A stretch of DNA of 64,000 nt from a virus: IMG/VR virus record IMGVR_UViG_3300025158_000005, one strand, 5' to 3'. The notes beneath the pieces are model-generated. The model worked only from the letters and a program-made list of their open reading frames with translations. It searched no databases and was not told the origin of the DNA. Numbering within the stretch: position 1 is the first letter of the stretch; each line of letters opens with the position of its first letter. Below are positions 47,509 through 57,210 of the stretch, one piece after another. A program made the position numbers and the translations under genes.

Positions 47509-49611
47509 ATGCCTTCCAAATCAGTACCCCCAGGAAAGCGAAAAAGAGGCGTAACTGTTTCACTTACTGGTGTTGTATCTACGTTTGCTGCTGGCGCACT
47601 TGCTCTAGGTCTGGCGCTAGGTGTTGTTGGTTCATCAGAAAATGCTTATGCAGGGACGATTACTGCATCTGCTGCAACTAACATATCAGTAGCACTCACT
47701 GGTCAACAAAAGACATTCTCGGCTGGTTCTATCCTAGCCAATCGATCTGTTTCAGCAACGGGTCTGCAAGCTACATCTTCATCGGGAACAATCACACCAT
47801 CAACATCAGTTGGTGTGATCGGTCAAGCATTATCAGGATCGTTCGGCTCAACATCAGTTAACGATTCTCTTGCCCTACTTGGGCAATCTCTTACGACCAA
47901 CTATGGCTCACTTACTCCGTCTGCCGACTTCGGTATAACTGGTTATCAGAGTACATTCACCGCAGGCACATTGTCTGCAAGCACGGTTTCAAACGTCACG
48001 ATTAGTATCAGTGGTTCTTTACTTACGTCATACACCGGTAACGTAAGCACCTCTCAAGCTGATTACGCTGCGATCACTGGAACATCTTCGACGTTCCCGT
48101 ATGGTAATGTTGTTGCAACTACCACACTACCATTGCTTGGTCAACAGGTTGTATCAAATTCAGGCACAATTGTACGCAAATTGGATACAACTGTAACGGG
48201 TTACCAAAGTACCTTTGCTGCTGGTACTCCAACAGTTTCAAGTAGTTCAACGGTTGGTCTGACTGGGCAATCTACCTCATTTAATCAGGGAAACCTTGGT
48301 ATAACTGAGTCTGATAACGTAACGCTGGCTGGGCAGGCATTAAGTTCATATGTTGGTAACATTACACCGAGCAATACATTAGGATTAAGTGGTCAATCAA
48401 ACACAATTTCTAGTGGCAGTCTAACTAGAAACGTATCTGTTGGATTAACTGGTTATCAGAGTACGTTTGCCGCTGGGTCAACAATTGCGACTTCTGCAAC
48501 AAATATTGATCTAACGGGTAAATCATTCACGTCATCAACAGGTTCCGTTGGTGCATTTGCTCAAGATTACGCCCAACTAAACGGGCAATCGATCACAACA
48601 ACAAGTGGCAACGTAACGGCTGGAATGGCTGTTGGTGTTACTGGGCAGTCTGTATCGATCATGACAGGTAACGTCGGGCCGAATGATTCGGATGCCCTAA
48701 GTGGTATTGCGCTAACATCTTCTGCGGGTAATCTAGTTGCAATCGTAAGTACCACCGCTAATCTTTCTGGTCAATCTACATCGTTTGGAACTGGTTCGAT
48801 TGGTGCGACCGTCGTTGACAATATCTCCTTAGCGGGGCAACAATCGACGTTCAGCACAGGATCGATTGATAAGGGTGTCTCGATTACACTAATGGGAGCA
48901 GGTATTGTTTCCACGACAGGCGCCGCGAATGCTACCGTTAGAACTACCCTTACTGGCTCACAAATCTCGGCCAGCCAAGGTAATTTTGTAAGTCAAAATG
49001 TTACTGTTGGTCTATCTGGCGCTCAGTCTAGTTTTGCCGCTGGGAACATCAAGGAATTCGATCAGGATTATCTAACTGGTTCTAGCATGACCGCTAGTAC
49101 CGGCACAATCACGACCGGTATTAGTTGTGTAATCGGTTTGACTGGATCACAAGCAACCACTAGTACCGGAACGCTGTGGCAATCACTGTCTGCATTCCAA
49201 GACTACTGTTGGGAAGGTTACTTTGTTACGGGTTACGTATCCGGAACTCAAGTGGCGATGCCTAACGGATTGACTGCGACACAAGACGCATGGCTGGAAG
49301 CAATCGCACGTATTCATGGTGCGGTTGATGGTTATACGATTACGACAACAGATACAACTAGAAGCGATGGCGTATTAACTCAGAGCATCATAACCACAGA
49401 TACCTACACCACGCTTGCCCCGATTACGTTACCAGCAGGAACATCATCAATCACGGGCATTACTCCAAGACAACTTCAATTGCTTGAATCCTTAGCCCGT
49501 GTTCATGGGCTGATCGATCCTTTGACCACGTCAATGACGACCAGAAGCGATGGTGTCTTGAATCAGAGCATCACTTCGACCGACGTTGTCTTCACGATAA
49601 CCAAAGTATGA
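47509..49611 (+). CDS. repetitive Ser/Thr/Gly fibre-like protein
   Basis: Roughly 21-aa LTGQ.ST...G repeats; duplicated C-terminal LE..AR.HG...RSDGVL motif. Confidence 0.75.
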   Translation: MPSKSVPPGKRKRGVTVSLTGVVSTFAAGALALGLALGVVGSSENAYAGTITASAATNISVALTGQQKTFSAGSILANRSVSATGLQATSSSGTITPSTSVGVIGQALSGSFGSTSVNDSLALLGQSLTTNYGSLTPSADFGITGYQSTFTAGTLSASTVSNVTISISGSLLTSYTGNVSTSQADYAAITGTSSTFPYGNVVATTTLPLLGQQVVSNSGTIVRKLDTTVTGYQSTFAAGTPTVSSSSTVGLTGQSTSFNQGNLGITESDNVTLAGQALSSYVGNITPSNTLGLSGQSNTISSGSLTRNVSVGLTGYQSTFAAGSTIATSATNIDLTGKSFTSSTGSVGAFAQDYAQLNGQSITTTSGNVTAGMAVGVTGQSVSIMTGNVGPNDSDALSGIALTSSAGNLVAIVSTTANLSGQSTSFGTGSIGATVVDNISLAGQQSTFSTGSIDKGVSITLMGAGIVSTTGAANATVRTTLTGSQISASQGNFVSQNVTVGLSGAQSSFAAGNIKEFDQDYLTGSSMTASTGTITTGISCVIGLTGSQATTSTGTLWQSLSAFQDYCWEGYFVTGYVSGTQVAMPNGLTATQDAWLEAIARIHGAVDGYTITTTDTTRSDGVLTQSIITTDTYTTLAPITLPAGTSSITGITPRQLQLLESLARVHGLIDPLTTSMTTRSDGVLNQSITSTDVVFTITKV

Positions 49612-49976
49612 ATTTCAAACGTTTCGCCCTGATGGGAATGTTCCCTAAAGCCAATCCACTGAATATCTCAATGATGGGATATCACGTTGTCATTAGTATC
49701 GTTCCTGTTGCCCGTGGCGGCGGAGCAATGGGTCCGTCTAGAATACCCTATGACGAACAGACATATAAGATCGTCGTGGTAATATCTAGAAAAGGTAAAA
49801 CGTGGAGAGAAGAACGAGAATTAAGTTATCTCCAATTGAAATCTCTTGAAAAGGTTGTTGCTGCATACAAAGGAATGACAACTTTTGTTAACAAAATCAA
49901 AGTACAAGCGACACATCTTGGATATACGATTCTAGAATCACTTCGTATAAATATAAGATCAAAGAACAAGGAATGA
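49608..49976 (+). CDS. hypothetical protein
   Basis: ORF coupled to the upstream gene. Confidence 0.6.
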   Translation: MNFKRFALMGMFPKANPLNISMMGYHVVISIVPVARGGGAMGPSRIPYDEQTYKIVVVISRKGKTWREERELSYLQLKSLEKVVAAYKGMTTFVNKIKVQATHLGYTILESLRINIRSKNKE

Positions 49977-49980
49977 CATA

Positions 49981-50526
49981 ATGATTTTAGCAAACTTGAA
50001 ACTGGATGAAGAATCCGAACTTGAATTTTCGATGGATATCTTCGGCACAAGTTCGGCTGCATCTGATACCCGATTAGTGATTGAAGGAAAAGACTTCGAT
50101 ATTGTCTGCCATGGTACATACGCAAACGGTAATCTGAAAGTCAAAATTCCTAAGCTGAAAGGCATCATTGAGTCCGGGCAACATGAATGCAAGATCGAAT
50201 GTCTTATTGATGGCAAGATTTTCTCTCCACTGAATGAATCGATTGAGTTTGAACCTCTCGTAGAATTCGACGTGAAGAAGACCAAGGCTGCTATCATGAA
50301 GGAAGAAGTGAAAGTTTCTCCCGTTAAGGTAACCACCAGAACCACAGAGAAGAATAAGATTGAAGAAGCATTCGCTGCCGGTTATACCATTGCAGAATAT
50401 GCCGGTTATAACGTGCTCAAGAAGAATGACAAGTATCTTGGATTCGTGACAGAATCGAAGATGGTTCTAGCTGACGACACATACGACTCTATCGCCGAAC
50501 TAGTTGATGCTCTAGGAAGTAAGTAG
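49981..50526 (+). CDS. hypothetical (probably structural) protein
   Basis: 181-aa ORF with late promoter at 49946. Confidence 0.7.
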   Translation: MILANLKLDEESELEFSMDIFGTSSAASDTRLVIEGKDFDIVCHGTYANGNLKVKIPKLKGIIESGQHECKIECLIDGKIFSPLNESIEFEPLVEFDVKKTKAAIMKEEVKVSPVKVTTRTTEKNKIEEAFAAGYTIAEYAGYNVLKKNDKYLGFVTESKMVLADDTYDSIAELVDALGSK

Positions 50527-50527
50527 T

Positions 50528-50867
50528 ATGACAGATAAGATAAATCAGGGAAACCTTTAGACATACCTTCTTATGGCGTCAAACAGACGGGGTAACTCCT
50601 ATCGATATCTCGAACTATACCGCTAGAATGCAAATTCGAGCTAAGATCGATGATGTCACACCTAAATTGGAATTGAACACTACCAATAATCGAATCACTA
50701 TCGCCAATCCAATTGCTGGCGAAATACAACTTTATATATCAGCAACAGATACCTCAACCATCAACTGGGTGTCTGGCGTATATGATCTTGAATTAGTTTC
50801 CCCGAGTGGTGATGTTACAAGATTGGTAGAAGGAACAGTATCCATTTCTAGAGAAGTTACCAGATGA
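50528..50867 (+). pseudogene. BppU-like structural gene with a 5' frameshift
   Basis: MTDKINQG in one frame, TFRHTFLW...DISNYTARMQIR...GVYDLEL...RLVEG in another. Confidence 0.6.
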
Positions 50868-51161
50868 GAACATATCGACAAGTAGGTCCAGCCGTTGCAA
50901 CAGGAATGAATATTGCTGTTAATGAGATTCTTCGGGGCGGGGGGGTCTACCGCAGCACAAGATTCAATACAAGAACTTCTGCACCAAATGGTAGCATTAA
51001 TGAAAGTAAATAATCATTACTTATACGAACTTATGTCATCATCGAGTTGTAGTTCTAGAGACATTGTTTATAAGTATGATAATGTTGATGTGATTTATAA
51101 GTATAACTCATCTGACATAATAACGAAGCAACAATCCATCAACATTATCATATCTGAGTAA
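50864..51161 (+). pseudogene. small gene frameshifted at a G7 tract (50939-50945)
   Basis: Removing one G joins MRTYRQVG...ILRGGG to STAAQDSIQELL. Confidence 0.45.
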
Positions 51162-51165
51162 TATA

Positions 51166-51723
51166 GTGCCAACATTTCCGAGTTACCCTGACGTAAATGC
51201 CACTTACACCGATTCTTTGACCGGGGTAACGTACAAGTACGACGGTTCGACTTGGTTAGTGCAATATACTGTTGATCCAGTTTTAGTTACACCCACTCCG
51301 ATTCTAACTGACGTTCCGGTTGGACCTGTTACAGGAACCCCATCACACACAACTGTTTTATTAGGTGATGGTACATGGGGAACATATACCACAGGCGGTG
51401 GTACGCTCGATCTTAGCAGCACATTGACAGGATTTAGTTCAATGACTGGCACAGTCACAGCATCAGATTCGATATTGACTGCACTTGAGAAACTTAATGG
51501 TAACGTAAATCAGGTTGTTTTCTCGGCATCAATCAGTTACACACATACGCAGGTGTCAGCACAAAATACATGGACGATTACTCATAACTTGAACAAATAC
51601 CCATCCGTAACCGTTATTGACTCATTCATGAATACTGTAATTGGGGAGATCGTTTATAATAACTCTAATACATTAACAATCACGTTTACTGCATCGTTTT
51701 CTGGCACAGCATATCTAACATAA
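51166..51723 (+). CDS. virion structural protein
   Basis: FPS.P....TY......Y.YDG.TW; W.I.HNL.KYPSVTV.D; FSGTAYL. Confidence 0.8.
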   Translation: MPTFPSYPDVNATYTDSLTGVTYKYDGSTWLVQYTVDPVLVTPTPILTDVPVGPVTGTPSHTTVLLGDGTWGTYTTGGGTLDLSSTLTGFSSMTGTVTASDSILTALEKLNGNVNQVVFSASISYTHTQVSAQNTWTITHNLNKYPSVTVIDSFMNTVIGEIVYNNSNTLTITFTASFSGTAYLT

Positions 51724-51741
51724 TAAACAGGGAGTAATCTT

Positions 51742-53700
51742 ATGCCAAAATACCTAACCAACATAGACCTACAAAACAATCAATTATTGAATGCCAAAAT
51801 TGGTCTAACGGGAACTGATCCCTCTACTTCTGCAAGCACAGAAGGTCTTATCTGGTGGAACAGTTCGACTCACTTATTAAAGGTTAGCGATCAAGCTGGA
51901 ACAGTTCAAGTCGTCGGTTGGTTGGGTTCATCAACCGCATCATTAGCAGCTAACGGAACAGGCGCAGCCGGTACTGCGACAACAGCCGCACGTTCGGATC
52001 ACACCCACACGTTGCCTGCCAATACGGCAGCATCAACACTTACCGTCGGGGGTGCAGCAACTATTGGTTCAAGTACGGGCGTTGCTCGCGCTGACCACGT
52101 TCACGCTATGCCCGCGGTCGCAACAACTTCTGTTGCTGGTTTCATGTCTGCTGCTGATAAGACGATGTTGACTAATGCACAGGCGGCACAAACAGCTAAT
52201 GCATATCTCGTTCTTCGTGATGCCGATGGTCGATTCCAAGCAACCGATCCTTCTGCTCCCCAAGACGTTGCAACCAAGAATTATGTTGACACCACGGCAC
52301 AAGGTCTAAATGCGAAGTCGTCTGTTCGTGCTGCAACAACCGCAGCCCTAGTCATTACCGCAAGAACATCTAGCACGTTGACGATTGGTGGCACGTCATT
52401 TGCTCTTGATGGTATTACACTTGCAAATAATGATCGTGTTTTGGTTAAGGATTCCACTACTGGTTCTGGTGCTGGTGCGTGGGATAATGGTATATACACT
52501 GTTGGTGGTATTGGAACTTCAGTAGTTCTTACACGCGCCTTAGATCAAGATTTATCATCAGAATTCCCTGCTGCTTATGTATGGATTGATGAGGGTGCGG
52601 TAAACAACGACCAAGGTTGGTTGTGTACTAACACCACAACAGCAGGCGTTACGGTCGGCACAACAGCGATCACATGGGTACAATTCTCTGGTGCAGGTCA
52701 AATTACCGTTACTGCACCGATTCTGAAATCTGGTAACTCTCTGGCTCTTGGCTACGATAACGCCACGATCGGTGTTTCTGGTAATAATATCTACGTCAAG
52801 AATAACAGTATCTCATCAACCCAGATGGCAACATCGTTTACTGCTGCTAACATCTACTCGATTCTGGGCGGCACGTCAACATACGCAACTGGCACCGCAG
52901 GTAAGCTAGTATTTGATACTAGCCCGACTCTTGTTACTCCTACGCTTGGTGTTGCTTCTGCTACCACGATTAACAAGGTAACGATTACTGCGCCTGCTAC
53001 AGGCTCGACATTGACGATCGCCAACGGTAAAACGCTAACTGCAAGTAACACGTTAACATTTACCGGTACAGACTCTTCATCTGTCGCTTTTGGTACTGGT
53101 GGTACGGTTGCTTATACGGCAAACAATTTATCAGTCTTCGCCGCAACTACTTCTGCTCAGTTGTTAGGGGTTATATCAGACGAAACTGGTTCTGGTTCGT
53201 TAGTATTCGCGTCAAGTCCTACTCTAACTACCCCGATTATTGGAACAGTTTATGGCTCAACCGCAGCCTCTGGAACATTAACTCTTTCATCAACAACCCA
53301 TGCGACAAAAGGAACAGTCACTGTAGGCAATTCTAACGCCGGAACATTGACTATGCAAGCGGCAACCATTAATATCAAGGTTGGCGCAGCAGCAACAGGT
53401 GGATACCTCAAGGTAGATGCAACAACTGGACTGTTAAGTATTGACACTACGACCCACGGTGGTGTTAATAAATATGTGACTAGTATTGGTGATGGAACAA
53501 CAACGCAGATTGTTGTGACTCATAACCTTGGTACTGCTGACTTTGTTGCAGAAGTTTATAACAACAGTTCTCCATATGATCGTGTTTATCCTGATATTTG
53601 GCATGCTGATACTGGAGGTATAAATGCAACAACAAAGGCAACATTCGTATTTGCTGTTGCCCCTACATCTAATCAATATCGTGTTGTTATAACTGGTTAA
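51742..53700 (+). CDS. tail fibre-like protein
   Basis: AARSDH.H repeats, DVATKNYVD, K.SVRAATT, DRVLVKD, NGIY, W.QFSGAG, THNLGT. Confidence 0.82.
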   Translation: MPKYLTNIDLQNNQLLNAKIGLTGTDPSTSASTEGLIWWNSSTHLLKVSDQAGTVQVVGWLGSSTASLAANGTGAAGTATTAARSDHTHTLPANTAASTLTVGGAATIGSSTGVARADHVHAMPAVATTSVAGFMSAADKTMLTNAQAAQTANAYLVLRDADGRFQATDPSAPQDVATKNYVDTTAQGLNAKSSVRAATTAALVITARTSSTLTIGGTSFALDGITLANNDRVLVKDSTTGSGAGAWDNGIYTVGGIGTSVVLTRALDQDLSSEFPAAYVWIDEGAVNNDQGWLCTNTTTAGVTVGTTAITWVQFSGAGQITVTAPILKSGNSLALGYDNATIGVSGNNIYVKNNSISSTQMATSFTAANIYSILGGTSTYATGTAGKLVFDTSPTLVTPTLGVASATTINKVTITAPATGSTLTIANGKTLTASNTLTFTGTDSSSVAFGTGGTVAYTANNLSVFAATTSAQLLGVISDETGSGSLVFASSPTLTTPIIGTVYGSTAASGTLTLSSTTHATKGTVTVGNSNAGTLTMQAATINIKVGAAATGGYLKVDATTGLLSIDTTTHGGVNKYVTSIGDGTTTQIVVTHNLGTADFVAEVYNNSSPYDRVYPDIWHADTGGINATTKATFVFAVAPTSNQYRVVITG

Positions 53701-53703
53701 TAA

Positions 53704-54039
53704 ATGCAGTTTTTAAATGGTCTTCAACTTACCAACAGTCAGGTAACTATCAGCGGAACCACAGCGGTATCGCTGTTCAGTTATCCAACATCAACATTGG
53801 TTGGTGGTGAGTTGATGATTTTAGCCGAACAAGGTTCGGCTAAAATGATTACGAAACTTCTGTTCATTACTGATGGTACTGCTACAGCAATAACCGATGA
53901 ATATGCGACGATCACTATAGGAACATTCACAGACGTTCCGACGTTCTATGCATCGTATCTATCCGGAACATGCACAGTCTTCGCAAACTGTCCAACGTCA
54001 ACAACATATAAAACAACTTACTCGATTGTGACAAACTAA
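53704..54039 (+). CDS. small structural protein
   Basis: DG.......EYA.I motif; operon context. Confidence 0.65.
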   Translation: MQFLNGLQLTNSQVTISGTTAVSLFSYPTSTLVGGELMILAEQGSAKMITKLLFITDGTATAITDEYATITIGTFTDVPTFYASYLSGTCTVFANCPTSTTYKTTYSIVTN

Positions 54040-54040
54040 C

Positions 54041-54967
54041 ATGGCAATATATTCAAGACAGGATTTGGCTGATTACGCACTTAGAAAATTAGGTGCTCCG
54101 GTAATCAATATCGAGGTTGCTGATGCACAATTATCTGATGCAATTGACGACACCATCCGAATGTTTCAAGAATATCATCCAGACGGTATCACTCGTGACT
54201 ATGTGAAGCACCAGTTCACCGCTACGAAAATCACTGTTGACTCCGTTACTGGAATTTCTGTAGGAATTCAACTTAGCACGAGTGGTGGCAGTGCTTCCGT
54301 GCTATCGATTTCGGGAAATGACGTATACGTAGCAAAGACTACGGGCAACCTTTTCTTAGTTAACGATATATTGGAGTTTACTGGTGGCACATGTACGGTG
54401 ACTGCGATTGTGTATGGCGACGCGGATAACAAGTATATTCCTATCGGAAATGATATTGTTGGTATTGAGCGTGTTCTACCTTGGCAGCCATCATACGGCG
54501 ATGGATTGTTTGATATTACGTATCAACTACGCATGAATGATCTAAGAAATTTGGCTGGCGGTAACATGAGTTATTTCACCATGTCAATGGAATACATTTC
54601 AATGTTGGACTTCTTCCTACGTAAAGAGAAGCAATTCAGATTCAATCGTCGTATGGGAAACCTATATTTGGACATTGATTGGAATGCCGAGGTCGTCCCT
54701 GGGCAATATGTCGTTATTGAAGTATATCGTATCGTTGATGATGAAACGTATACCGATCTTTATAATGATATCTGGATTAAGAAGTATGCCACAGAGAAGG
54801 TAAAACTTCAATGGGGAAACAATCTTCGCAAGTACAAGGATCTGGCGCTTCCTGGTGGTGCATATCTAAACGGCGAAAACATCATGATAGAGGCCACGGA
54901 AGCACTCAAGGAACTTGAAGCCGACATGATCAATAACCAAGCTCCATTGCAAATGATGTTAGGATAA
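54041..54967 (+). CDS. 13: neck protein gp13
   Basis: SRQ.L.DY.LRKLGAPVINIEV...Q..D.ID, RFNR, W.KKY, QWG.NL.K, LPGG..LNG. Confidence 0.95.
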   Translation: MAIYSRQDLADYALRKLGAPVINIEVADAQLSDAIDDTIRMFQEYHPDGITRDYVKHQFTATKITVDSVTGISVGIQLSTSGGSASVLSISGNDVYVAKTTGNLFLVNDILEFTGGTCTVTAIVYGDADNKYIPIGNDIVGIERVLPWQPSYGDGLFDITYQLRMNDLRNLAGGNMSYFTMSMEYISMLDFFLRKEKQFRFNRRMGNLYLDIDWNAEVVPGQYVVIEVYRIVDDETYTDLYNDIWIKKYATEKVKLQWGNNLRKYKDLALPGGAYLNGENIMIEATEALKELEADMINNQAPLQMMLG

Positions 54968-54970
54968 CGA

Positions 54971-55705
54971 ATGGCAGGTCTAGCCAATCCATACTTCAAT
55001 AAGCAACCGGTGAATGAACAGACTCTGTTACAGGGAATCGTAACGGAAGCCATACAAGTCTCGGGGTTCAATGCATTCTATCTTCCAAGACAAACTCAGA
55101 ATCTTGATCTAGTGTTAGGTGAGGATGTCGTTTCAAAGTTTGACAAGCATATCGAGATTGAAATTTATCAGGACTCGTTCTCTGGATTCCAGGGTCAACA
55201 AGAAATGATTTCGAAGTTCGGTCTTGAAATTCGCAACCAGATCGTGTTTCAAATATCGGTTACTAGATGGGCAGTGGAGAAGGATGCGATTGCTTCCGTC
55301 ATGATGAATGGTGGCGATCGTCCGCAAGAAGGCGATTTGATATATGATCCGATTACTAAACGCCTTTATAATATTGTTTATATAGACTTCGATTGGCAAT
55401 TTGTCCAGTTGGGTAAGATGACGTATTCTTACAAAATAACCACTGAACAATATCAATTTGCTAATGACGTTGGCACCACGGGTATTACCGAACTTGATGA
55501 TGCAATCAATCTAGTCAATACAAATCAATATGACTTCGAATTGATGCAGGAAAGTGGATTTAGACTTCTACAGGAAGATGGTTCATCGATTTTCCAAGAA
55601 CATTCAAATGCATCTCCTCTACAATATGATTCGTCGGCAGCACTCAATATCGCGGTTGGACCGATCAAGTTCAACGACAATGATCCGTTCAATAGTCTAC
55701 TATAA
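54971..55705 (+). CDS. 14: neck protein gp14
   Basis: EQ.L...IV.EAI...G....YLPR, GED..SKF, SKFGL, RP.EGDLIY.P, QLGK. Confidence 0.95.
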   Translation: MAGLANPYFNKQPVNEQTLLQGIVTEAIQVSGFNAFYLPRQTQNLDLVLGEDVVSKFDKHIEIEIYQDSFSGFQGQQEMISKFGLEIRNQIVFQISVTRWAVEKDAIASVMMNGGDRPQEGDLIYDPITKRLYNIVYIDFDWQFVQLGKMTYSYKITTEQYQFANDVGTTGITELDDAINLVNTNQYDFELMQESGFRLLQEDGSSIFQEHSNASPLQYDSSAALNIAVGPIKFNDNDPFNSLL

Positions 55706-56445
55706 TGTTCAAAAATAATCCTTACTACCATAAATCGATACGTAATGCGGTCATTGCATTCGGTAATCTTTTCTCCGGAATTCATCTAGTCGATTATGAA
55801 TCAACAGGAAAGGCTATCAGAAACGTTGAAGTTCCCATTTCATTTGCCAGAAAACAACAGTGGTTACAACGTATTCAAGGTGACCCCGAGTTTCTGAAAA
55901 AGTTCGAAGCGGAGTTGCCTCGAATTTCATTTGATATCATATCAATGGAATATCAAGCAGGAAAGAAAATCGGCAATCACTTCGATCATATGCTTATAAA
56001 CTGTGGAGTACCAAAAACAGTGGGTTCACCTGCACCTTGGAGACTTACATTTGAACTTTCGGCATACTGCAAGACTGTTGATGATTCGCTACAGATTAAG
56101 GAACAAATTCTTCCTTACTTCACTCCATCATTGGCGTTAAATTACTTGCTTCTTCCCGAATACAACTTCTCGATGGACGTACCTGTTACTCTGTTGAGTA
56201 TAACTGATGAAGATAATTATGATGATCTTCATTCAAATAGACGGATAATCGATACATATACGTTTGCGATGGACGTTCAACTGTTCGGACCGACTTCTAA
56301 TAATGTTGGAGTCATTAAGGAAACGATTGCAAATATCAACACGATGGACGGTACTCCAATGGAAACAAATAATTCTGTTGTCGTGCCAAGAACAGCAAAT
56401 AAGACGGATGCTTATACGATTGCTGCAAACTGGACGATACTATGA
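55705..56445 (+). CDS. 15: tail sheath stabiliser / tail terminator gp15
   Basis: YH.SIR..V.AFG.LF, VP..FA.KQ, LPRISF, QI.EQILPYF.P, DVP. Confidence 0.93.
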   Translation: MFKNNPYYHKSIRNAVIAFGNLFSGIHLVDYESTGKAIRNVEVPISFARKQQWLQRIQGDPEFLKKFEAELPRISFDIISMEYQAGKKIGNHFDHMLINCGVPKTVGSPAPWRLTFELSAYCKTVDDSLQIKEQILPYFTPSLALNYLLLPEYNFSMDVPVTLLSITDEDNYDDLHSNRRIIDTYTFAMDVQLFGPTSNNVGVIKETIANINTMDGTPMETNNSVVVPRTANKTDAYTIAANWTIL

Positions 56446-56870
56446 AAGAAATTGAAAAGATGCTCAACATAGTACCATCAGATATTCATTCTGCTGAGCT
56501 AAGTTTGTCTGCGATTATGCCTCAAGAAGTTGAAACTCCAGAGGATCCAGATTTTGCATACGCTCGTCTGAATTTATATTCGATCATGGAACAAGGTAAG
56601 ATGGCGTTAGAAGGTGCCTTGCGCGTGGCCGAACAGTCGGAGAATCCACGTGCATATGAAGTGGTTGGTGGGCTTATTGGTCAAATGGCTGCATTAAATA
56701 AAACACTAATGCAACTAGGTAAGGATAAAGAAGACGTAAAGACCGCTCGGAAGGGCAATAGTTCGCCGACTGCGGCCACGCAAGCCTCAGTAATGAATAA
56801 TACAGCAATATTTGTCGGTTCAGGCAACGATATTAATAAACTAATCGCAGAGAGATTGGGTAATAAATGA
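56442..56870 (+). CDS. 16: terminase small subunit gp16
   Basis: DF.YAR.NL....G..A.E....VA..SE.PRAYEV, NN.AIFVGS. Confidence 0.92.
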   Translation: MKEIEKMLNIVPSDIHSAELSLSAIMPQEVETPEDPDFAYARLNLYSIMEQGKMALEGALRVAEQSENPRAYEVVGGLIGQMAALNKTLMQLGKDKEDVKTARKGNSSPTAATQASVMNNTAIFVGSGNDINKLIAERLGNK

Positions 56871-57145
56871 AAACATTCAAAGAGTTCGTAAAAGAAGCAA
56901 AATGGGTAACCGACCCGGAAGAACCCGCTACAGGGCTAAAACGCGGAGATTCTGTTTATCATAGGGAAAATGGGCATACGCTTAGAACTGCAACGTATCT
57001 TCAAACTGATACTAAGAATGGTGATCATATTATCAAACACAAGGTACAGGATAAAGATGAACTCGCCGGCGGAATCCGGCGAGTAAAAGCAAAGGACGTA
57101 TTCCGGGACCCGGGTGACGCTTGGAAGAATCCGTATAAAGTATGA
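56867..57145 (+). CDS. putative internal head protein with capsid-targeting sequence
   Basis: Starts MKTFKEFVKE, similar to the T4 internal-protein capsid-targeting sequence. Confidence 0.6.
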   Translation: MKTFKEFVKEAKWVTDPEEPATGLKRGDSVYHRENGHTLRTATYLQTDTKNGDHIIKHKVQDKDELAGGIRRVKAKDVFRDPGDAWKNPYKV

Positions 57146-57210
57146 AAACATTCATAGAATTTGTTCTTTCAGTCCGAGTTTATCATGGTCTATATGCGTA
57201 AGAAGGATAA

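Noticed and set aside
41035-53700. Diversity-generating retroelement or invertible fibre cassette
   Set aside because: No reverse transcriptase or recombinase in the window and no TR/VR pair noticed; the repeats are protein-level. A by-eye search could miss a diverged pair.
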